This document shows, in pieces, positions 10,515 through 19,812 of a DNA stretch of 64,000 nt (within the stretch, counting starts at the first letter, position 1; each line of letters begins with the position of its first letter). The stretch spans positions 1 to 64,000 of the IMG/VR virus record IMGVR_UViG_3300040801_003693. One strand, 5' to 3'. This DNA is from a virus. A program made the translations under genes and the position numbers. Under the pieces are notes generated by a model. That model did not search any database. It saw only the letters and a program-made list of their open reading frames with translations, and was not told where the DNA came from.

Positions 10515-11027
10515 TTAAATTAAACTAATTAATTTTTGTTTAACTTCCTCTATACAAAAATTACCAAAACAATCAAAAGGATTTCTTTTTGCTTTAGCTA
10601 TAAATTGTTTTACTGCCAAACTTATTTCTGTTTTAGAAGCAGAAGGATATACCTCTTCAATCCAAATAGAAAATAGGTTAAAAAAGAATGTAGGTCTATT
10701 ATATAAATGACTGTTCAAAATGTAATCATAAATAAAATTATTTATGTGTTCGTCTATTTCATCCCAAGCATTGATTCTTTCTCCCCCATCTAATTGATTA
10801 CAAGCGTAATCCATTAATTCTATTGTAAGTTCTAGATCAAAAAAATCATATCCTTTCTGTTGATGTAAATATGTATAATAATCATATACATCAAATCCTA
10901 GTTCGTATATTTCTTCTATGTTTTTTAATACAATATTATAAACATTTCTACTGTTCTCCCTGGAGATTAAATTCTGTTTTATCAGTTCTTGATATATCTT
11001 ATTAACTGCTGTTATTTTTATATGCAT
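10515..11027 (-). CDS. hypothetical, paralog of 9064..9582
   Basis: shared motif block described for 9064..9582. Confidence 0.7.
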   Translation of the reverse strand: MHIKITAVNKIYQELIKQNLISRENSRNVYNIVLKNIEEIYELGFDVYDYYTYLHQQKGYDFFDLELTIELMDYACNQLDGGERINAWDEIDEHINNFIYDYILNSHLYNRPTFFFNLFSIWIEEVYPSASKTEISLAVKQFIAKAKRNPFDCFGNFCIEEVKQKLISLI

Positions 11028-11743
11028 TATTCGTATCTTTCTAATATATGTGAAATAATTGTATGCCGCTGTATATCTTGTCTATTAAACTGAACTATAC
11101 CAACATCCTCTACTCCCTGGAGACGATGTACTGCATCTAATAATCCATTGTTGAGTCCATATTTAATATCTAAGTCACATTGTTTAATATCACCAATCAA
11201 AATCATTTTTGAATTCTGACTTATTCTTGTAAGCAGAGCTTTTATCGTAGAGCCTATACAGTTCTGGGCTTCGTCTACAATGACAATTGCATTTTTAAAA
11301 GAGCGACCTCTGACCATACTTACAGGAAGTATTTCTATCCTACCAGATTCAATTAAATATTTAGCCGTACCCTCTTCAATAAATTCAATTAAGTTATCTA
11401 GTACTGGATAAGCAAGAGGTAAAATCTTTTCAATCAATCCTCCGGGTAAGAATCCCAAGTCTTTTTCTTGAGACATCGAGACGTTTGCTCTAATATAAAA
11501 TATTTTATTAATTTCAGAAGATTCTGAGTTGATCAGCTTAACTGCTTCGTGAAGTGCAATTAAACTTTTACCAGTACCAGCGCAACCAAATCCGATTGTA
11601 ATTGTATTTCTTTTAATTGATTTAACAAATAAGGATTGATTTATCGTTTTAGGTTTTATGTAAGAGATAGTGGATATCTTTCCTTTTGTAGATTCCACAG
11701 GCTGAATATCATTTGTTTCTACTCTTCTTTTTTTTGATGACAT
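11027..11743 (-). CDS. phoH: PhoH-family ATPase
   Basis: GCAGTGKS, LGFLPG, RGRSF, VDEAQN, LTRI, GDIKQCD. Confidence 0.95.
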   Translation of the reverse strand: MSSKKRRVETNDIQPVESTKGKISTISYIKPKTINQSLFVKSIKRNTITIGFGCAGTGKSLIALHEAVKLINSESSEINKIFYIRANVSMSQEKDLGFLPGGLIEKILPLAYPVLDNLIEFIEEGTAKYLIESGRIEILPVSMVRGRSFKNAIVIVDEAQNCIGSTIKALLTRISQNSKMILIGDIKQCDLDIKYGLNNGLLDAVHRLQGVEDVGIVQFNRQDIQRHTIISHILERYE

Positions 11744-11860
11744 AGCTTTAACAATGTATTTGCTTTTAAGCTATCATCTATTCTTATAGCTATTCTGCTC
11801 AATAATTATTCAATAAAAGTTAGAGAATTAACTTAGTTAATACACGTTTAATATTATTTA

Positions 11861-12937
11861 ATGTCCCAAATAATTAAAAGAAGTTTAATTGATAGACCGC
11901 TAACTTGCGACGAGTATGACGCTAATTTAGACGCTACTTTAGACAGAAGTAATCATACTGGAACTCAAAGTGCCTCGACTATTTATGATTTAAAAGAATA
12001 CGTCGAAGCATATGATTTTATTCAAGATTTAAAATCCTGTTGTACAAATCTTCAAACTGAATTAGCAGAATTAAAAGAAGATATTTTTGGTGAAGGGGAG
12101 ATTGCTAACCTTATAGAGCAGATAAGACAGCAGTTGCAATCGGCTGTGGATGATATTCTTGCTGACGTAGAGGGTTTTTTAAACAGATTAGATAAAGTTG
12201 AGGGTGCAGTTAGTACTTTAACTGCCGATTTACATAATACAAATCTTACTTTAAATAGTTCAATCGCAAATTTAGATCGTAGAATTAATTCTAAAGCAGA
12301 CATAAATTCTCCTACTTTCACTGGTTCTCCTAGAGTTCCCACTCCGCCGAGGGAATGTAATGATACTGTTGCAGTTAACTGTGAATGGGTAAGATTGTTT
12401 GCACTTCCTATAGGAACTATTATTATGTTTCCGGGGCAGAATCTTCCAGATGATTCTTGGAGAATATGTAATGGTGCTGAATTAGATCGTAATGAGTTTG
12501 CAGCTTTATTTGCAATTATGGGCACTACTTATGGGAACGGTAATACAAATACTACTTTTAATCTTCCTAATATGCAGGGTAGATTCCCTACTGGTGCAGG
12601 AGGTAGTACTTGGGGTAATTTTAATTTAGGGCAAGTAGGAGGTGAAGCTGTAAAATCTCTAACCGTTGCTCATCTTCCCAATCACTCTCACGAGCTTACT
12701 ATAGATACCAGTCAGAGAGATGATGAAAGGGCTGCTAATCATTATCATAATAAAGGTAAGACTGATAATAGAATTGAAAAGTTTGATATGGATACTAATG
12801 AAAGAAGTGATCCTGTTAATATTAAATATGCTGAAGCACATCATTATAATTTCTCTATTCAGTCAACTGGAGGTTCTCAACCCTTCGCTATTCTCCCTCC
12901 TTTCTTTGTAATTAATTACATTATCAAAGCAAAATAA
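11861..12937 (+). CDS. tail fibre protein with tail-collar domain
   Basis: N-terminal RPLTCDEYDANL, coiled coil, SPTFTGSP, collar motif LPIGTII...WRICNG...TYGNG...FNLPNMQGRF, C-terminal PPFFVINYIIKA. Confidence 0.9.
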   Translation: MSQIIKRSLIDRPLTCDEYDANLDATLDRSNHTGTQSASTIYDLKEYVEAYDFIQDLKSCCTNLQTELAELKEDIFGEGEIANLIEQIRQQLQSAVDDILADVEGFLNRLDKVEGAVSTLTADLHNTNLTLNSSIANLDRRINSKADINSPTFTGSPRVPTPPRECNDTVAVNCEWVRLFALPIGTIIMFPGQNLPDDSWRICNGAELDRNEFAALFAIMGTTYGNGNTNTTFNLPNMQGRFPTGAGGSTWGNFNLGQVGGEAVKSLTVAHLPNHSHELTIDTSQRDDERAANHYHNKGKTDNRIEKFDMDTNERSDPVNIKYAEAHHYNFSIQSTGGSQPFAILPPFFVINYIIKAK

Positions 12938-12945
12938 CGGGTATA

Positions 12946-12999
12946 GGTATAAGTTTTACTTTTGCGATCGCGCTAAGTGCGTTAAGTAAAACTTATACC
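12946..12999. terminator. bidirectional hairpin between convergent genes, HIP1 in loop
   Basis: ggtataagttttactt / aagtaaaacttatacc 16-bp arms; GCGATCGC at 12964-12971. Confidence 0.7.
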
Positions 13000-13052
13000 C
13001 TTGAGATTAATACTTATACAACTAGAACTATCAAGTTCTTTTTATACCTGTG

Positions 13053-13397
13053 TTAATCCTTAATTACAGTCCACCCATCAGAGTTAGTTTTGGATTTACC
13101 GTGATATAGGTTATAGAATCTTGTAGAATTTCTACCATAAATATCTTTGGTAAAAGCTCTAAGATTAGTTACACTAATTTTAGCCCCGCTAGGAGATACA
13201 AGTTCATATTCTTTAGCAAGAAGATGTTCGTGTCCCGCTTTGAATTTAGAATCTTTAATTGGAGGATAATACACTAATCTAGAGCCATCTTCGGCATAAA
13301 ATACTTGTGGATTATTAACTGATCTGAGCAAAGGTTTGATCGCAGACAAGGCTATATTTACTTCTTTAATTGTACCTATGTTTTTCTTCTTTCTCAT
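13053..13397 (-). CDS. hypothetical basic protein, possible NUMOD-like DNA-binding C-terminus
   Basis: EYELVSPSG...VTNLRAF...LYHGK...GWT resembles homing-endonuclease DNA-binding modules. Confidence 0.4.
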   Translation of the reverse strand: MRKKKNIGTIKEVNIALSAIKPLLRSVNNPQVFYAEDGSRLVYYPPIKDSKFKAGHEHLLAKEYELVSPSGAKISVTNLRAFTKDIYGRNSTRFYNLYHGKSKTNSDGWTVIKD

Positions 13398-13401
13398 AGT
13401 G

Positions 13402-13830
13402 TTAGTTATTTAAGGGCTTAAATTCAGTGTAATCTTGAGAGCAATGTACTTTCTTTAAATTATCCATACTCGACCAGGTTTCTAATGAGTAGGGATAAAC
13501 TCTCCAATAAACAATGGCATATCCGTTGCTAAATTCAACTATATCCGCTACCTGACCAACTTTTGTTAATCCATACATATCTTTAGTATGGTTTAGCACA
13601 TATCTTTTAGGATATTCTTCTTCCTCCGGGGAGGAGATAAAAATACTGCTACCTTCATGACCGTGTACTTTAATAGCAGACTCAAGATTTTGATGAATTA
13701 CACAGCTAGGATTGTCTCCCAACCAAGTCATTACAAATCTTGAGTCGTCTAGAATCACACCTTCAACTACTCTACCCGTTCCTGAAACACCTGTTACATC
13801 AGTGTTTCTCTGCATATAATATCTTTCCAT
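13402..13830 (-). CDS. phage hypothetical protein with internal duplication
   Basis: RYYMQRNTDVTGVSGTGRVVEG repeated as RYVLNHTKDMYGLTKVGQVAD. Confidence 0.65.
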   Translation of the reverse strand: MERYYMQRNTDVTGVSGTGRVVEGVILDDSRFVMTWLGDNPSCVIHQNLESAIKVHGHEGSSIFISSPEEEEYPKRYVLNHTKDMYGLTKVGQVADIVEFSNGYAIVYWRVYPYSLETWSSMDNLKKVHCSQDYTEFKPLNN

Positions 13831-13838
13831 TTATTTAA

Positions 13839-16220
13839 TTACCTAATTGGACAAGCACCTGTAGAACAGGATGGATCTGTTGGTTCGTATTGTTCGTATT
13901 CTGTCTCTGTTTCAAATTTAGCTATTAGTTGTAACAATGCTTCTTTATTCAACCGAGGATTCTTTTTAACTAACTCTTGATAATCTTCTTCTGAACACGT
14001 TTCAAACGGCATATTTGGATAAGGACTATCGCTAGAATCAAATCTAGGTAAGAAAGAAATTCCTACTACATAATCCCAGTTTTTATATACCCACTCTGTA
14101 ACTTTTTCCCATTCATTAGGAGATACAGATACGGTTATACTACAATTATGATCCACATAGTTTTCCATCATTATTTTATAGCGTTCCAACTGCGAGATAG
14201 CACTTTCATCAATGCTTTTAAAAGCGGCTGTAGTTTTTACTGGAAATGTAAATACCCAAGTATCGCATTCAGGAGCGTGTAAATTATCTCCTTGATTATT
14301 TTCGGGTACGGGGGTGTAGCCCATTTCTAATAATGCTTTAGCAATAGGATCATATTTATTAATTCTAATTCTGCGCTTATAAAAAGGTGCATAAGGTGCA
14401 TGAATACCACTACTAACAGAAGGAAGGTTAGAAATTGTGCCCTCTGGTTTAATAGTAGTAATTAATAAAGCTTTATTAATACCCATCTCTTCATGATACT
14501 TGTCAGCCTCTTCTCTCATTAATTTTCTAGTTGTAGAGAGAGTAGTTGTAATAGGCGTAGTATTGTAATCTACAATAAACTGTGGTTCCTTTTCTGAAAT
14601 AGAAGTATCCACACGAATCTTGTCCCAGCCTAATAAATTAATTGCATCAACAATTCCTGTAATAGAAACTCCTAATAACCTATCTTTCTTCTGAGTTTTA
14701 TCCCAACTCTTTTTGAACATATCTAGGTTTGTGATTCTAGAACACATTCTTACTGCTAATCTTGCTGCTTTTTGGAATCCTATGTAATCAAATTCTCCCC
14801 CCGGCGTAACAAACTTTGGTAAAGGAATTGTGACCAAGTTACAGGTTTGTTCTGACCTTAAGAGTATCTCCGCACACGGATTCAATCCTTCATAGAAAGG
14901 TCTACGCTTACTTGCAGCTTCTTTATTTACAAATCCTGGTTCGCCATTGTTCTTAATGCTTTCAAAGATTTCTTTAAGCTTTTCAAGACTAGGCTTTTGT
15001 TGGAAGTGTACGGAGTTATTTGACATTGTACGTGACGATCGCAAATGTGCTTTGCTTTCATCAGTGTATAAATCTAACTTAGCATTGATAAAATCATCAT
15101 CAATAATATCACCGAGGCTTAATAATGAACTGCGACGGACTCCTCCGCTGACAACGCCTTCGGCGATAAAGTTAGCAATATCCATTGCTTGTACGGAACT
15201 TAACCTACAAAAATCAGGTTTAGAAATTATTGATAGTTTGTTTAAAGCTTTCTCAATCCTTCCTAAACTTGATTCTTTTTTGTCACCCACAATGGTATTA
15301 TGAATCTTCTCAAACATTCTTTGTAAAGATTCAGGTCCGGAAGCTCTACCTCCAAAACCTTTGATTCTTTCTCCTTTAGGACGAACGTTATCGTACACAA
15401 AAGTAATTTCTTCAACATGGCGATCGCAATGTAAATACAGGTATAACTTTAGTGCGTTTACCCATCCTGTTTTGGAATCACCGATATTAATTGTTACTCT
15501 AATTCTCGAAGGTTGCAATCTAATATCATTCCAAAGCTGTCTGATAAAGGGTAATTTAGAGCCTAATTTTTTAACTCCTTTTGTGCAGTCTAAAATATTG
15601 CAGCATTTAGCATTGTTATCTTTGAGAAATTCTTCCCCAACTACAATGGAGCTTGTCTCGTCAAAAGAAATAGTTGTATGCTCATCTCTAACTTGCTTAG
15701 GTAAGGAATCATAAGGCTTATGATGAACTTTTAATGCTCTGTTGAACCAAGGAAGAGAGTTAATGTGCTTATTCTCTACACTAAACCCAACTCCAACGCC
15801 CAGCAATAACGCATAAAATATATCAACAAAAGCTTCAATACCATCAATAGTTCTAAAACTACAGTTAAATTGAGCTAAGCCATCTACTGCGGGAACTCCA
15901 CCAACCCATAAAGTTCTACCGCTAGGAAAAACCTTTTGATTAAACATATAATCATATAGTTCTTCTGCTTCTTGTTTTAATTCATAAAAAGAAGCATCTC
16001 CTTTATATAACGACATAGAGTATTCAACTACTCTACAAACTGTTTCTGCCCAGGTTTCCCTCCTCCGGAGAGAAGGAATATAGCGACTATAAGTACGCAA
16101 ATATACTATATAACCTAAGTCACTACCAAATGGTGCATCTTTTTCTAAATAGGGTTGTAAGAAAGAAGCATTTAAGTATTTAGGATCAATAATTTCAGCA
16201 ATGTAATCAAGATTTGACAT
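13839..16220 (-). CDS. nrdJ: class II adenosylcobalamin-dependent ribonucleotide reductase (monomeric RTPR type)
   Basis: PSGRTLW, FNC, GGVRRS, NPCAEI, CNL, TTIKPEGT, C-terminal CSTGACP. Confidence 0.93.
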   Translation of the reverse strand: MSNLDYIAEIIDPKYLNASFLQPYLEKDAPFGSDLGYIVYLRTYSRYIPSLRRRETWAETVCRVVEYSMSLYKGDASFYELKQEAEELYDYMFNQKVFPSGRTLWVGGVPAVDGLAQFNCSFRTIDGIEAFVDIFYALLLGVGVGFSVENKHINSLPWFNRALKVHHKPYDSLPKQVRDEHTTISFDETSSIVVGEEFLKDNNAKCCNILDCTKGVKKLGSKLPFIRQLWNDIRLQPSRIRVTINIGDSKTGWVNALKLYLYLHCDRHVEEITFVYDNVRPKGERIKGFGGRASGPESLQRMFEKIHNTIVGDKKESSLGRIEKALNKLSIISKPDFCRLSSVQAMDIANFIAEGVVSGGVRRSSLLSLGDIIDDDFINAKLDLYTDESKAHLRSSRTMSNNSVHFQQKPSLEKLKEIFESIKNNGEPGFVNKEAASKRRPFYEGLNPCAEILLRSEQTCNLVTIPLPKFVTPGGEFDYIGFQKAARLAVRMCSRITNLDMFKKSWDKTQKKDRLLGVSITGIVDAINLLGWDKIRVDTSISEKEPQFIVDYNTTPITTTLSTTRKLMREEADKYHEEMGINKALLITTIKPEGTISNLPSVSSGIHAPYAPFYKRRIRINKYDPIAKALLEMGYTPVPENNQGDNLHAPECDTWVFTFPVKTTAAFKSIDESAISQLERYKIMMENYVDHNCSITVSVSPNEWEKVTEWVYKNWDYVVGISFLPRFDSSDSPYPNMPFETCSEEDYQELVKKNPRLNKEALLQLIAKFETETEYEQYEPTDPSCSTGACPIR

Positions 16221-16228
16221 ATTAATTA

Positions 16229-16867
16229 TTAATTAGGGGGTAAGAATTTTTCGGTATAGTTTTTCCAATAAGTAATAGAAACATTTTCTCCTTTTTCAGC
16301 ATGAATAGAAGCTTCATAACGAAGACATTCAAACAGATATGCGGAGAGTCTATTAAGAATAGACGAATGTTTTTCTACTTGTTTAATTAGGTGGGGATTT
16401 TGCATTAAAAAGTTTGTAATTGCTTCGCTATACCACCATTCGATATAGTTACTTTCTAACTTTCTAATTGAAATTCTCACCTTATCCATATTAATGAATT
16501 TAATATTAGATTGCATTGTAAAGTCTATACAATCTTCATTAATCTGTTTAAGGTTTAATATTTTTAAATCCAGGTATTCTAAAAGTTGGGAAGGAAATTG
16601 GTACTTATTTCCATCACCTCTTTTGTAGCAAAAAGAGGCTAAAGAGAATAAGTTTTGATTTAACCAGTTAAGTACGTAATTGAGATTAGGATTATATATA
16701 TCATGAACAGATAATAATCGTTGAATATCATTACGAACTTCTTCTATAGACCCTTGTACCCTACAAGCAGGAGAGTCTTTTCTTAAATAAATTCCTTCCA
16801 ACAAATTAGAATAACCAAAATCTCCGCTGCCAGGTTTATAGACAGCGGTCATTCTACTTTTATTCAT
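16229..16867 (-). CDS. PduO-type ATP:cob(I)alamin adenosyltransferase-like protein
   Basis: N-terminal VYKPGSGDFGYSNL...RKDS...QGSIEE and C-terminal RKLE...LNRLSAYLF match the PduO/MMAB pattern (YTxxGDxGxT...K...GxxDE; RRxER; LNRLSDxLF). Confidence 0.75.
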   Translation of the reverse strand: MNKSRMTAVYKPGSGDFGYSNLLEGIYLRKDSPACRVQGSIEEVRNDIQRLLSVHDIYNPNLNYVLNWLNQNLFSLASFCYKRGDGNKYQFPSQLLEYLDLKILNLKQINEDCIDFTMQSNIKFINMDKVRISIRKLESNYIEWWYSEAITNFLMQNPHLIKQVEKHSSILNRLSAYLFECLRYEASIHAEKGENVSITYWKNYTEKFLPPN

Positions 16868-16885
16868 TTGTCACTTTTGTAAAGA

Positions 16886-17083
16886 TTATAAGTTAGCTAA
16901 TATTTGAGATAGGCTAGATATAATATTAGCTATCTCATTTTTAATAATAGTTCTGTTTCCTTTTCTAGGAAATTTGTATAGAAGATGATGCAAATTAGTA
17001 TGCTGAGTTTTTAGCAATTCAAACCAGCGAATTGAATTTGCATCCATTTCTTCTCTTCGATGGTTTAGTTCCTCTTTTGCCAT
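16886..17083 (-). CDS. hypothetical protein
   Basis: 65-aa ORF in operon. Confidence 0.5.
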   Translation of the reverse strand: MAKEELNHRREEMDANSIRWFELLKTQHTNLHHLLYKFPRKGNRTIIKNEIANIISSLSQILANL

Positions 17084-17084
17084 A

Positions 17085-17393
17085 TTAACTAGAGCTAGGA
17101 ACGGGGAACATATCTACAATATTATTTAGAGAGTTTTGAACAGGATAGATTTTTAGTTTGGGAACGCTAATCTTTTTACTCTCATCAAAATAATCTAAAA
17201 TTGCGATATAGCTTTTATCTTCATAACGAACGGCAGTTGCTCTTTTAATATTAGAAGAGTCATCTGCGTATCTGGCTTCCAGTCCCATTCTTTTACTATT
17301 TATATCTGTTAGTTTCTTTTCTAGCTTTTGAGCTTCAACACTCAACTGAATAATCTCGACTAGTATTGACTGATACTGAGTACTCATTATCAT
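17085..17393 (-). CDS. hypothetical protein
   Basis: 102-aa ORF. Confidence 0.55.
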   Translation of the reverse strand: MIMSTQYQSILVEIIQLSVEAQKLEKKLTDINSKRMGLEARYADDSSNIKRATAVRYEDKSYIAILDYFDESKKISVPKLKIYPVQNSLNNIVDMFPVPSSS

Positions 17394-17448
17394 TTTAAAA
17401 TAATTGGACTTGGATTTAAATAAATAAATAATAGTAGTAAAATAATAA

Positions 17449-18237
17449 CTATTTTACTTTGGTTCTTTTACATATTGTTCTTTCTTCAATAGGAAGATCG
17501 AATTCTTTAATGTCTAAAATTGGATTAGACAGGGCACGTTCAATAGATTCTTTTGCTTCTTTGTACGTTTCAAAAATAAACTCTTCAAATGTTATACCAT
17601 CTTTAGGGTCATAGTTGATTTTATAATATTCTACATCTCCTAAATGTTCTAATGCTCCATCAGTATAAGCAGAAGGTTTTCCTTCATGATTATAATAACA
17701 TTCAATTATCTCACCTGTCGAAAGAATTCTATAGTTCCAAGTCATAATACTTTGTTTGTTTCTTACTTTTGTTAATGCATTATAAACAATATTATAGACT
17801 TGATTGTAAATATTTGGGTTATATGCAGAAACTCTATTACCTGCAATGTTTAAGATTGTAATATCATTTTTAATAATCCAATTCTCAAGCTGCTTTGCTG
17901 AAGGGTTTTTAATTAACAATTTGTTATGCTCCAAGCATTTCTTAATAGTTAATTTACATCCAGGACTTTTTAAATATCCAAATATTGCAGTTCCATTACT
18001 ATCTACAACGTTCTTTTCCGTCCTGGGAGGATAAGAATAATCATCGCTTTCTCTTAATTCATACTTAGTTTTTAATTCTAAGTTAACACCATCATTACCA
18101 TCATACATACATACCCTATAATTCTTAGGAGCAGTACCCCCAGTGCAATATCCTAAATCATATGCTGCGGTTAAACCTGCGAGGTCTGCTCCATTTTGTC
18201 CCCCAGATATTACTCGATATAAAACCATTTTTAACAC
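17449..18237 (-). CDS. SLOG-superfamily (putative Mo-carrier/YpsA-like) protein fused to an extra C-terminal domain
   Basis: VISGGQNGADLAGL...GGTAP...YPPRTEKNV.DS.GT...LNIAGNR; second module starts at MTWNYRIL. Confidence 0.75.
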   Translation of the reverse strand: MLKMVLYRVISGGQNGADLAGLTAAYDLGYCTGGTAPKNYRVCMYDGNDGVNLELKTKYELRESDDYSYPPRTEKNVVDSNGTAIFGYLKSPGCKLTIKKCLEHNKLLIKNPSAKQLENWIIKNDITILNIAGNRVSAYNPNIYNQVYNIVYNALTKVRNKQSIMTWNYRILSTGEIIECYYNHEGKPSAYTDGALEHLGDVEYYKINYDPKDGITFEEFIFETYKEAKESIERALSNPILDIKEFDLPIEERTICKRTKVK

Positions 18238-18587
18238 CTAATTGTTTTTCTTTTAAATACTTCTGCATTAGCTACGGTCGTTAACAAACATTGTCTGTTT
18301 TGAAAATCTCTTTCTAATTTGTAATCAATAAATTCACAGGTAATATAATTCTTAACATTTTTAAACTCGCTGCTATTCCCTAAAAGCATAGCAACTAGTT
18401 TATGAGAAACGAATACATTCTTTCCCTCTACAAACCTGACATAGATTACGTAAGCCCATATCTCAATTTTCCATACCAACTTCTTTTTATAACTATAATG
18501 TTTTTGAAATGCTTTTAATATCCTTTGTAGATATTTAACTTTTTCTGAAGTTTTCCTTTGCTCGTATCGGCTGCTGTATGATTTCAT
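18231..18587 (-). CDS. hypothetical protein
   Basis: 118-aa basic ORF. Confidence 0.55.
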   Translation of the reverse strand: MKSYSSRYEQRKTSEKVKYLQRILKAFQKHYSYKKKLVWKIEIWAYVIYVRFVEGKNVFVSHKLVAMLLGNSSEFKNVKNYITCEFIDYKLERDFQNRQCLLTTVANAEVFKRKTIRC

Positions 18588-18590
18588 TAA

Positions 18591-18776
18591 TTAAAATTCT
18601 TTGTTAATTATTTTCCCCCCTTCCGGAGGAAGAGAGTTGAAGTGCTTTCTAATAGCTACTCTATCTAAACGTTTTTGTTTTTTAGTGTAATAGTAAGTTC
18701 TATCTATTAACTCTTCCAGATCTATTTCTTTTAGATATTGATCTGGATCTAATTCATTCTGTTTCTGTGTATTCAT
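18591..18776 (-). CDS. hypothetical protein
   Basis: 61-aa ORF. Confidence 0.5.
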   Translation of the reverse strand: MNTQKQNELDPDQYLKEIDLEELIDRTYYYTKKQKRLDRVAIRKHFNSLPPEGGKIINKEF

Positions 18777-18806
18777 AATTTTTAATTAAATATTTTAGAT
18801 GTATGA

Positions 18807-19262
18807 CTAAAATTGATTAGCTTTGTATTTTACTATTACCACATTTTCGTCAATTAATTCTTCTTCTATAATCTTAACTATAATTTTCCAATCTCCTCCC
18901 CCTAAACCCGCACCGATAAACGGCAATCCAATTCTACTACCTGAAAATTTATTCTTAATCTCTTTCAGACAGCTTCTTAATGCATCATAATCTGTATGCT
19001 TTCCTGAACCATAATTATACTGAGTATAACAGTTAACTACTGTTATACAGTTATCTATAACGGCACAACTAATAGTTCCTAACTTATTTCTACTTCCTCT
19101 TTGAGTTTTTAAATCCGCTTGATAAGCCTCTGGAAAACTATTTTTAATTTGTTTAGCGATACCTCCTCCCATAACCTGATAGCAGTTGCAGCCATGAGCA
19201 ATTACATCAAACTTGCCTTGTTTGGCAAGAGTAATTAAGTTTCCTTCTATATATTGAATCAT
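18807..19262 (-). CDS. macrodomain (ADP-ribose binding/hydrolase) protein
   Basis: IAHGCNC...MGGGIA...NCYTQ...PFIGAGLGGGDW. Confidence 0.9.
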   Translation of the reverse strand: MIQYIEGNLITLAKQGKFDVIAHGCNCYQVMGGGIAKQIKNSFPEAYQADLKTQRGSRNKLGTISCAVIDNCITVVNCYTQYNYGSGKHTDYDALRSCLKEIKNKFSGSRIGLPFIGAGLGGGDWKIIVKIIEEELIDENVVIVKYKANQF

Positions 19263-19336
19263 GCTTTTAGTTTTATAAGTAATAATATATTCCTCTCCGA
19301 GGAGAAAATACTTTCAGGAGAGGAATATTAACAATA

Positions 19337-19807
19337 TTAATTCATTGTTAAGTTTTTACACCCAGAGATAATTAACGCTAAGTTATTTGTATCGTTAACC
19401 ATTTTATTCATGTTCACATAAACGGGAGGGATGAAATTTTTCCAATAGCATCCCGGATATCCATCTGAATGAGGATAATGAAAACCAATCCAGTAAAGAT
19501 TTGGGTCTATCATTATTTGATTAATAAAGCAGGCGCAATGTAAATTTATTTCTATCTTTCCATACCTTTCATTTATTTGCTTTTTAACAATTTCTAATGG
19601 TTTTTGATAAAAAGAGTGGTTAGATTTAACTCCGACGTAGCCACAAAGATTTCCCATTGAGGGCATTCTTTTAATAACACAGCTAACATCAATTTCTTTT
19701 AAATCCCAGCTTCTAAAATCAGGTTCCCATTTCCATGCCCCTTGATGCCATTTCTTTTTTACTTCGCTGTCTAAAACGCTTTGAGTAATGTTTAATTCTG
19801 TTAGCAT
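19337..19807 (-). CDS. phage hypothetical protein
   Basis: W.WEPD...GNLCGYVGV...H...WIGF pattern. Confidence 0.6.
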   Translation of the reverse strand: MLTELNITQSVLDSEVKKKWHQGAWKWEPDFRSWDLKEIDVSCVIKRMPSMGNLCGYVGVKSNHSFYQKPLEIVKKQINERYGKIEINLHCACFINQIMIDPNLYWIGFHYPHSDGYPGCYWKNFIPPVYVNMNKMVNDTNNLALIISGCKNLTMN

Positions 19808-19812
19808 AATAT

